Positions 26,309 through 33,032 of a DNA stretch of 33,238 nucleotides are shown piece after piece. Under the pieces are notes generated by a model. It saw only the letters and a program-made list of their open reading frames with translations, was not told the origin of the DNA and made no database searches. This DNA is from a phage. The stretch is from NCBI GenBank assembly GCA_018175035.1, contig GCA_018175035.1_4099.2. One strand, 5' to 3'. The translations under genes and the position numbers were made by a program. Positions within the stretch are counted from its first letter, which is position 1. Each line of letters opens with the position of its first letter.

Positions 26309-26629
26309 ATGTCTTACTCAATGTTTTTGGATGATATTCGTGATGCAAATCTATATTATCCAAACCAAGATATGGTGGTATGTCGTGACTTTAAAAGTGC
26401 ATGTGAATATGTTATTGAAAATGGAATTCCAGCATTTGTATCATTCGACCATGACTTGGGTGATGTGAGCGAAGACGAAAAGACTGGATATTCTTTTGCT
26501 AAGTTTCTTATTGATTATATGTTTGATAATAATATTAAAGAACCGTTTGAGTACTTTGTTCACAGTAGTAATCCTGTTGGTAAAATTAATATTGAAACAT
26601 ACTTAAACAATGGATTTAACTCATTATGA
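26309..26629 (+). CDS. Receiver-like domain protein resembling the cyclic-phosphate-processing receiver (CPR) family (tentative)
   Basis: Pattern FLDDIR...SFDHDLG...TGY...HSSNPVG matches my recollection of this family; AGGAG SD 8 nt upstream. Confidence 0.45.
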   Translation: MSYSMFLDDIRDANLYYPNQDMVVCRDFKSACEYVIENGIPAFVSFDHDLGDVSEDEKTGYSFAKFLIDYMFDNNIKEPFEYFVHSSNPVGKINIETYLNNGFNSL

Positions 26630-26928
26630 TTCAAACACACATCAAAAGTCTTATTTGTACTGTTCTGTTAGGTGCAGGAGTTCTTTGGTTCGGACAGTAT
26701 CACGAGAACACTAAGCGTACCAACATTCACTACAATACCGCAGAAGTTGTTAGTTTAGGACAATGTAGCGAGTCCAAATGTTCATTTATGTATAAAACCC
26801 AAAGTGGTGAAGTACGTAATGGACTATCAAGAGAACCAGTTTCAATTGGTCAACTTGTTTACCAGGAGTGCTGGGAAGAAAAGGTTCGAGGTTCACGTTG
26901 CTATGTTGAATACGAACCAAATATGTAA
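26626..26928 (+). CDS. Membrane-anchored / exported Cys-containing small protein
   Basis: ATGA overlap; N-terminal hydrophobic helix; four Cys. Confidence 0.5.
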   Translation: MIQTHIKSLICTVLLGAGVLWFGQYHENTKRTNIHYNTAEVVSLGQCSESKCSFMYKTQSGEVRNGLSREPVSIGQLVYQECWEEKVRGSRCYVEYEPNM

Positions 26929-26952
26929 TAATCCGAGTCAATAACATTAGTC

Positions 26953-26985
26953 GAGTACAAGGATGTACTCATAACTCAAGGATGT
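26953..26985 (+). promoter_or_regulatory. Hairpin plus 9-bp direct repeat CAAGGATGT overlapping the PhoH ribosome-binding site
   Basis: Stem GAGTACA / TGTACTC with loop AGGA (26953-26970); CAAGGATGT at 26958-26966 and 26977-26985, second copy carries the SD. Confidence 0.3.
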
Positions 26986-26988
26986 TTT

Positions 26989-28428
26989 ATGAAAAAATAT
27001 ACAATTGACACAAACGTACTACTATCTGACCCTAATGCATCTATTGCTTTTGATGGTGCTGCAATCATTCTACCATTTACAGTACTGGAAGAATTGGATT
27101 CAATTAAGAGTCGTAATGTAGATGTTTCACGCGATGCTCGTGTTGCTATTCGTAACATTGAAGCAATTATTGCAGATGCATCACATGATGAGATTAGTAG
27201 TACTGGTGTTAATATTGCTGATGTTCATACCAATATGAATCCTGATAGCAAATTGTTTGTTATTACAAACGAAGAAGCTGAAGCACTAATTCGTACTAAA
27301 GGTTCAGAAGAGAAAGTTCAAACCCTTCTCAAAAGCACAGTACCTGATGATAAAATCATTCTGGTAGCTTTAGCAACAGAATCAGTACTGGTAACTCGTG
27401 ATATCAACATGCGTATCAAAGCACTAAGTTATGGTGTCGAGGTACAAGATTATCGCCATGATATTGTTATTGGTGATAGTGATTTGATTCACATTGGTCA
27501 ACACCATTTGGAAATTAATTTTTGGGAAGTATATAGCAACTTATCCAATACTAATATTCAATCCGAACAAGTTGGTCGTCGTTTGTATCATTACATTTCT
27601 AAAAGCTTGATTGAACATTTGCTTCCACAAAATCTATGCATCGGTGATTATCTATATGATGATGCAGACGTATTATTTGTGTACGAAGGTCAATCAGCAA
27701 TTGAGGAAGATGATGGAACACTAACACCAGAAGATATTTTGGTATTCCAAGATATTGGACAATCAGTAGCTTTACGTGCTAAAGTATGGGATATTAAAGC
27801 AAAGAATATCCAACAAGCACTCGCCATCAACAGTATTCTCGATCCTGATGTACATCTAACAGTACTGCTAGGTTCTGCTGGTACTGGTAAAACACTAATT
27901 ACGATTGCTACTGCATTAGAATTAGTACTGGAAAAACGTAAATACGACCGAATCATCTTCTCTAAAACTCAAGACTCACAGTTTGAAGATATTGGTTTCT
28001 TGCCAGGTTCAGAAGCAGAAAAAGTGATTCCATTCTGTGGAGCCGCAATTGACGCGTTAGAGTTTCTTCATAAAGATGATGCTAACCCACAAGGTAGTAT
28101 TGAAGAGATTATGAAACGTAATGTTATTCAATTTAAAGCACTAAACTTTGTACGTGGACGTTCATTCACCAACACTATTCTAGTAGTTGATGAATTCCAA
28201 AACATTACACCTGCACAAGCCAAAACAATCTTGACACGAGCAGGATTAAACTGTAAAGTAGTAATTATGGGTAACTTGAGTCAGATTGACAGTAAGTTTA
28301 TTAGTCCTGTTAACAGTGGTTTGACATATGTAACTGAGAAGTTTAAAGATTGGGCAGGTTGTCGTGTCATCGAACTAGAAGGTGTTGTTCGTTCACCACT
28401 TGCAGAATTTGCTGAAGAAAATATGTAA
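26989..28428 (+). CDS. phoH: PIN-domain PhoH-like ATPase (PhoH2/YlaK-type)
   Basis: N-terminal PIN-like region (YTIDTNVLLSDP...LEELD); Walker A GSAGTGKT, Walker B VVDEFQN; 479 aa. Confidence 0.85.
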   Translation: MKKYTIDTNVLLSDPNASIAFDGAAIILPFTVLEELDSIKSRNVDVSRDARVAIRNIEAIIADASHDEISSTGVNIADVHTNMNPDSKLFVITNEEAEALIRTKGSEEKVQTLLKSTVPDDKIILVALATESVLVTRDINMRIKALSYGVEVQDYRHDIVIGDSDLIHIGQHHLEINFWEVYSNLSNTNIQSEQVGRRLYHYISKSLIEHLLPQNLCIGDYLYDDADVLFVYEGQSAIEEDDGTLTPEDILVFQDIGQSVALRAKVWDIKAKNIQQALAINSILDPDVHLTVLLGSAGTGKTLITIATALELVLEKRKYDRIIFSKTQDSQFEDIGFLPGSEAEKVIPFCGAAIDALEFLHKDDANPQGSIEEIMKRNVIQFKALNFVRGRSFTNTILVVDEFQNITPAQAKTILTRAGLNCKVVIMGNLSQIDSKFISPVNSGLTYVTEKFKDWAGCRVIELEGVVRSPLAEFAEENM

Positions 28429-28431
28429 TAT

Positions 28432-28465
28432 TGTATGGGACATTATGTCCCATACATGATATAAT
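28432..28465 (+). promoter_or_regulatory. 25-bp near-perfect palindrome (12-bp arms) overlapping a promoter with extended -10
   Basis: Arms 28432-28443 / 28445-28456 (TGTATGGGACAT-T-ATGTCCCATACA); TGaTATAAT 28457-28465; -35 position GGGACA inside the palindrome. Confidence 0.4.
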
Positions 28466-28496
28466 GTTGTTATCATAATACAGAAGGAGATATAAA

Positions 28497-28685
28497 ATGG
28501 CTAAACAACCTAAGAAAAAAGAACCAGTAGCAAAAGTTAAGAAAGAGAAAGTTATTCAATCTAAAGAACAACGTATGTACGAACAACGTAAGAGTGAAAC
28601 CCTATCCGGTCTTCAAGCTCTACGCAAACAAGGTGTACTAACTCGTGCACAGTACCGTGAACTAGTAGCTCAGAAAGGTTTTTGA
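28497..28685 (+). CDS. Small basic protein with SHOCT-like C-terminus (tentative)
   Basis: AGGAGA SD; Lys-rich N-terminus; C-terminus LSGLQALRKQGVLTRAQYRELVAQ. Confidence 0.5.
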   Translation: MAKQPKKKEPVAKVKKEKVIQSKEQRMYEQRKSETLSGLQALRKQGVLTRAQYRELVAQKGF

Positions 28686-28704
28686 TTCATTTGAAGACAT
28701 ATTG

Positions 28705-28769
28705 TGGAGTTCTTAATAAATACTTTTATAAGAATAATAATACTTTTTATTAAATTAAAAAGAACTCCA
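28705..28769. repeat. 10-bp inverted repeat flanking a 45-nt A+T-rich segment with short direct repeats
   Basis: TGGAGTTCTT (28705-28714) / AAGAACTCCA (28760-28769); internal ATACTTTTAT and ATACTTTTTAT. Confidence 0.3.
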
Positions 28770-28788
28770 TGTGTTATTTCAGTTTTTC

Positions 28789-28816
28789 GTCCCTGTCTTT
28801 TGGCAGGGATTTTTTA
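28789..28816 (+). terminator. Rho-independent terminator
   Basis: Stem TCCCTG / CAGGGA, 8-nt loop, then TTTTTT. Confidence 0.6.
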
Positions 28817-28911
28817 TATCTATATCTTGACAAAAGGAACAAATCATGAGAACATGTATTAAAGGAAGAATGACTTTCCATTAGGTTATTTTAACTTAAA
28901 GGAGATTTCAT

Positions 28912-29469
28912 ATGTTTTTTGACCAAACATTTACGTTGTATCACGATTCTGGTAAAGTTGAGATTATTGATAATCTGTTAGAGTACATTGCGGAACATGA
29001 CGGTATAGACCGTTTCCACAGTAAGATGAAATTCGATTTAGCTGAATTCAACAAAAAGAATCGTGAAACATTTTGGAAGAACCGTTTCTATTACGAAATG
29101 TTTCCAGAAAAGTTTGTGGGTTATTATCTTTGTACTGAAAAAGGATTACTTGTATCTCCTGATTTACTTATGGGTGAATACATGATACTCTATAATGAGT
29201 ACTGGGAACATAAACGTAAAGCTCGTGATACGGAATGGCGACATAAGCGTTCGTATATGTACAAACATAACCACTCCCGATACAAGCGTCCTAAGACACA
29301 ACAAGAGCGTCGTATGGCTTGTGCAGTACTGAAGGATGAGGGGGAACCTGATATACGTGGAAGACGTAAGATGCGTTCATTACCATCGTATTGGGACGAT
29401 ATCAGAACAAGACATAGTACTGGCTGGAAATACAGTACTAAACGTAAACATCAATACAAAGGGAGCTAA
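28912..29469 (+). CDS. Hypothetical protein with Arg/Lys-rich C-terminal half
   Basis: AAGGAG SD; 185 aa. Confidence 0.6.
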   Translation: MFFDQTFTLYHDSGKVEIIDNLLEYIAEHDGIDRFHSKMKFDLAEFNKKNRETFWKNRFYYEMFPEKFVGYYLCTEKGLLVSPDLLMGEYMILYNEYWEHKRKARDTEWRHKRSYMYKHNHSRYKRPKTQQERRMACAVLKDEGEPDIRGRRKMRSLPSYWDDIRTRHSTGWKYSTKRKHQYKGS

Positions 29470-29496
29470 TGCTCCCTAATTTTATAGGTGAACTTT

Positions 29497-29826
29497 ATGA
29501 ACAAAATTGACGTTACTGTAGTGATTGGTTATATTGAAATTGAACCGTGTGGCATTGATACCTTTATTGACACTCTTAATAAGTATCGTGCTGAATATAA
29601 CGGTCACATTAGTCTTTCACCAGACAGTGGTTACGGCGGTTTTCATGGATACAATGTAATTTGGACCAGAGAAGAAACTGACGAAGAATATAATACACGA
29701 ATTGAAGCTGAATCTAAAAGATGTGAAGAAATTGAACGTCAAGAAATGAAACACTTAATGAACAAGAAATCATTAAGTACCGAAGAGAAATCTAAACTGC
29801 TAAAATACATCAAGGATTACATGTAA
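29497..29826 (+). CDS. Hypothetical protein
   Basis: ATG 29497 (MNKIDV...), GGTG 6 nt upstream; track start 29488 is GTG; small hairpin GGGAGC-TAAT-GCTCCC at 29461-29476 precedes. Confidence 0.5.
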   Translation: MNKIDVTVVIGYIEIEPCGIDTFIDTLNKYRAEYNGHISLSPDSGYGGFHGYNVIWTREETDEEYNTRIEAESKRCEEIERQEMKHLMNKKSLSTEEKSKLLKYIKDYM

Positions 29827-30476
29827 TGAAAAATGTAACTCAAGAAAAGATTCTGTACCTTGCAAAGTACAATGGTGGTTTCAATATCATTAGCCGTGAG
29901 TACAGTGGTAATTTGGCTAAGTTGATTGACAGTTTGTTAGAATTTGATTTCATTAAATGGGAAACTAATGAACTTTGGTACGAATATGCTGGTCAGAAAT
30001 GGGAAAGTGATTATGATAATGCAATACATTCATACACTATCACCAAAGCAGGTGAAGTTCGATTAGCCATTATGCGTTGTGCATATACTTACAAAAATCA
30101 TAAAGGTGAAGAAAAACATATTCGCAGAAATGAAGAGCTATTACTTCTCATGGAAGCAGCAAAAGTTACAATGCATGATTTGTTCCACCACCCACGTTGG
30201 TATGAAAATCTAACAAAAGCAGAGTACAAAGCTTTACGTTACATTGATGAACAAAACAACACCCCAGTTGAAGTTGATGATGTTAGTGATGATGAACTAA
30301 GCCTCAAAAATGTATTTGAAAGTACCAGTACTGAAAGTATTACAGACATTTCTGTACAGATGGCACTAAAAGCAATGGAACTTTTCAAGACACAATATGA
30401 AGGACACAGTGCTGAAGAAGTAGAGCGTGAGTTTATTACTCGTGTACAAATTGCGTTACATAAAAATAAAAAGTAG
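29826..30476 (+). CDS. Hypothetical protein
   Basis: TAATG overlap; 216 aa. Confidence 0.6.
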   Translation: MKNVTQEKILYLAKYNGGFNIISREYSGNLAKLIDSLLEFDFIKWETNELWYEYAGQKWESDYDNAIHSYTITKAGEVRLAIMRCAYTYKNHKGEEKHIRRNEELLLLMEAAKVTMHDLFHHPRWYENLTKAEYKALRYIDEQNNTPVEVDDVSDDELSLKNVFESTSTESITDISVQMALKAMELFKTQYEGHSAEEVEREFITRVQIALHKNKK

Positions 30477-30482
30477 GTTCAT

Positions 30483-30662
30483 ATGAAAATTTTACTTGTA
30501 CTAATAGCAGTAGTTATGGTATTATCTTGTTCAGTTAGTAATGGTAAGTACATTTACATGTCTGCTTTCGAAGAAGCACCGACAAACTGTGTACAAACTC
30601 ATTCAGGTATTATGCTAATTAATGGAAGACCTTCAATTGAATACTTATGTATAGGGGATTAA
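30483..30662 (+). CDS. Small exported protein, possible lipoprotein (59 aa); not in ORF track
   Basis: MKILLVLIAVVMVLSC... hydrophobic signal with Cys at position 16 (imperfect lipobox VLSC). Confidence 0.4.
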   Translation: MKILLVLIAVVMVLSCSVSNGKYIYMSAFEEAPTNCVQTHSGIMLINGRPSIEYLCIGD

Positions 30663-30665
30663 AAT

Positions 30666-30896
30666 ATGAAATTATTGTGTATTGCTATTGTTTCTTCTAT
30701 TGTATTTCTAAGTGGGTGTGCTCCTAAATTTGATGAGATGGATGCTGAAATTATCCGACAAGGTTTAACAAAACTAAATCACGAAGGAACACTTTATGCA
30801 TGTCATACTATGCGTCATGGTCAAGATCTGAACTTAATGTGTAGAAAGATTGTGAATCGCAAACGTCTTAATACTGTTCCGAAGGATGCACAATGA
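30666..30896 (+). CDS. Predicted lipoprotein (76 aa)
   Basis: Signal peptide with canonical lipobox LSGC (MKLLCIAIVSSIVFLSGCAP...). Confidence 0.55.
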   Translation: MKLLCIAIVSSIVFLSGCAPKFDEMDAEIIRQGLTKLNHEGTLYACHTMRHGQDLNLMCRKIVNRKRLNTVPKDAQ

Positions 30897-31063
30897 AAGA
30901 AGTAATTGGCTACAAATGTAAAAACTGCGGGAAAGATAAAGGAAAACATTCTATTCAAGGTCTGGCCTGCCCAAATCCAGGACGTGGTAACTTCAGAGGT
31001 TTCAGTACTGAAAAGTCGTATGAACCTGATAATACGAAACCTGTCATGGGCTACAAACTATGA
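30893..31063 (+). CDS. Small zinc-ribbon-like protein (56 aa); not in ORF track
   Basis: ATGA overlap at both ends; MKEVIGYKCKNCGKDKGKHSIQGLACPNPG... Confidence 0.4.
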   Translation: MKEVIGYKCKNCGKDKGKHSIQGLACPNPGRGNFRGFSTEKSYEPDNTKPVMGYKL

Positions 31064-31419
31064 GTGATTATGTTGCATTCCTATACCGATTTGGTGTTGC
31101 ACAAGAAAAGCACATTATCCGTATGCCAGCATATGGTGAGAAAGGATGGTATAAGAGTATTATTAGTGTAGGTGCATTTCGTGACCGCGAAGCAGAATAC
31201 TTCCTTAAAAGTCTCAATAATGAACCTATTCGCTTCTCGCTCCAGTGTTTATCAGAATGGGAGGCAAGTAATAAAATCACAGCAGAATCAATGCAAGCTG
31301 TATGTGGCATTCAAAATTATGTCCATCCATATGACAATCTTCCTTGCACTGTGCATAATTCAGTGTTTGACTTTTACAAAGCAGTAGGGTATGATTATAA
31401 AAAGAAACGTTATGTTTAG
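31060..31419 (+). CDS. Hypothetical protein
   Basis: ATGA overlap; 119 aa. Confidence 0.55.
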   Translation: MSDYVAFLYRFGVAQEKHIIRMPAYGEKGWYKSIISVGAFRDREAEYFLKSLNNEPIRFSLQCLSEWEASNKITAESMQAVCGIQNYVHPYDNLPCTVHNSVFDFYKAVGYDYKKKRYV

Positions 31420-31423
31420 CATT

Positions 31424-31451
31424 AGTACTGCCACAGTGGGCGGTACTTTTT
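31424..31451 (+). terminator. Rho-independent terminator
   Basis: Stem AGTACTGCC / GGCGGTACT (9 bp, one G-U), 6-nt loop, then TTTTT. Confidence 0.6.
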
Positions 31452-31464
31452 AATTGGGGATAAT

Positions 31465-32079
31465 ATGACAACATCTGAAAAGTACTGGTGGATTTTGGGT
31501 CATCCTAAATTCATAAACAAAGATATGGTTCCAGCTAGGATTGATATAGAACCTCATGATGTGTGTCCAATGACAAATCGAATTGAAGATTTCAAAGCAT
31601 TGAATACAAAGACTCAATTTTGGGTAGAATTTCTTTCACCAATGTATATTGAGCAAGACGACGAATGGGTACAAGCACATGATTATCAATTGGATTGTGG
31701 TGGTGATACGTATGAAGAGGCCATTGATGAATTATACAAAAATGTGCTAAGAACATATGGTGATTACACCCAACAAGAAGCGGACGATGAATTTAATAAG
31801 ATCCATGTAGCTATTTCGACATCATCAATTTATAATCCCACTAAAACAGTTTGGGAGGAACGACACAGTTGGTGTTCATGTGTAATCGATGAAGAAACCA
31901 AAGAAAAAATCATCGATGACATAAAAAATTTAAAAAATACAATCCAAGCCTTGCGTGCATTCATAAAGTCTTGTACAATAGAAGAACAGCAAGAGGCAAA
32001 GATACATTTGGAGAGTGAAGAATGTAAACTTTGGGTTCTAGAAAAATCACTTGAAAAGGGTATAGACTTAGACTTATGA
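31465..32079 (+). CDS. Hypothetical protein (acidic, 204 aa)
   Basis: ATG with GGGGA SD. Confidence 0.6.
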   Translation: MTTSEKYWWILGHPKFINKDMVPARIDIEPHDVCPMTNRIEDFKALNTKTQFWVEFLSPMYIEQDDEWVQAHDYQLDCGGDTYEEAIDELYKNVLRTYGDYTQQEADDEFNKIHVAISTSSIYNPTKTVWEERHSWCSCVIDEETKEKIIDDIKNLKNTIQALRAFIKSCTIEEQQEAKIHLESEECKLWVLEKSLEKGIDLDL

Positions 32080-32444
32080 ATAGTAAATTGGAGAAACTTG
32101 TTGAAGAATTACGCCGGATGCCACCTATTGAGCAAGTAGGGAACTACAAGCGGTATCGTGTGATTGCTCGTGCACTGGATAAAAAAGGTCGAGTACTGGC
32201 AACTCGCACAAATTCTTATACACAGACTCACCCAGTACAGAAGGGTTTCGCCATTCGTGCTGGGCGACCGCAAGGTGAGTTTCTTCATGCTGAAATTTCA
32301 TGTTTACTGGCTGCTCGTGCTGATGTTCATACTTTACTGATTGCACGGATAAGTAAAGATGGAATTCCTGTTCCGGCTAAACCATGTGAAATTTGCTCAT
32401 TAGCAATAAAAGAATATGGGGTGAAAGAGATTATCCACACATGA
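32076..32444 (+). CDS. Small zinc-dependent deaminase-fold protein (CDA / dCMP-deaminase / TadA-like), second deaminase in the window
   Basis: HAEISCL and PCEICSLAI about 30 residues apart; N-terminal YRVIARALDKKGRVLATRTN like the deaminase substrate-loop region; ATGA overlap. Confidence 0.65.
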   Translation: MNSKLEKLVEELRRMPPIEQVGNYKRYRVIARALDKKGRVLATRTNSYTQTHPVQKGFAIRAGRPQGEFLHAEISCLLAARADVHTLLIARISKDGIPVPAKPCEICSLAIKEYGVKEIIHT

Positions 32445-32662
32445 AAATTGAAAGATATGCTAAGCATACTGTTGGGTGTGTAAATGATATATTCTATTAT
32501 TATATTTTTGCACCTGAACTACGTTTTCAAATCACAACATACAATGATGGCAGATTTAAAGATACAAACTTCCTCATAACCGACTTAGCAAAGTATGCGA
32601 ATACAGAACATTTTAATCATTTAGTATTTGTGTACTGTATACCAAACCCAAATAAAAAGTAG
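32441..32662 (+). CDS. Hypothetical small protein
   Basis: ATG 32441 overlapping deaminase stop (ATGA), chosen inside track ORF 32393..32662. Confidence 0.4.
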   Translation: MKIERYAKHTVGCVNDIFYYYIFAPELRFQITTYNDGRFKDTNFLITDLAKYANTEHFNHLVFVYCIPNPNKK

Positions 32663-32672
32663 GAGATTAAAA

Positions 32673-33032
32673 ATGGCTAAAACAATTTCTTTAAAAAATG
32701 AAAATGTAGGACAACGCAAAGATGGTTTCTTTGGTTTTTCTTGGACAACATTATTCTTTGGACCGTTCCCTGCATTGTTTCGTGGTGACTTTATTACGTT
32801 CATCGGTGCATTCGTAATTTACTTCATCCTCAACGCAGTGTCATTTTGGATTGTGGGTACAATTGCAATGGTTGTATGGGCATTTCTTTATAATAAGTAC
32901 TACACCGTGAATCTCATCAAGAATGGGTATAAATTCAATGGCACACATGAAGAAAATGCTGAAGCTGCAATGGCTTTGCAAATTGATTTGAATAAAAACA
33001 ACACAGTTGATAAAAATAAAGATCCTGAATAA
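32673..33032 (+). CDS. Membrane protein with DUF2628-like motif (tentative)
   Basis: ATG 32673 after AGGAG SD; GFSWTTLFFGPFPALFRGDF followed by hydrophobic helices. Confidence 0.5.
   Translation: MAKTISLKNENVGQRKDGFFGFSWTTLFFGPFPALFRGDFITFIGAFVIYFILNAVSFWIVGTIAMVVWAFLYNKYYTVNLIKNGYKFNGTHEENAEAAMALQIDLNKNNTVDKNKDPE

Noticed and set aside
28827-28860. Perfect TTGACA at 28827-28832 as a sigma70 promoter for the 28912 gene
   Set aside because: There is no acceptable -10 hexamer 16-18 bp downstream; kept only as part of the intergenic-region finding.
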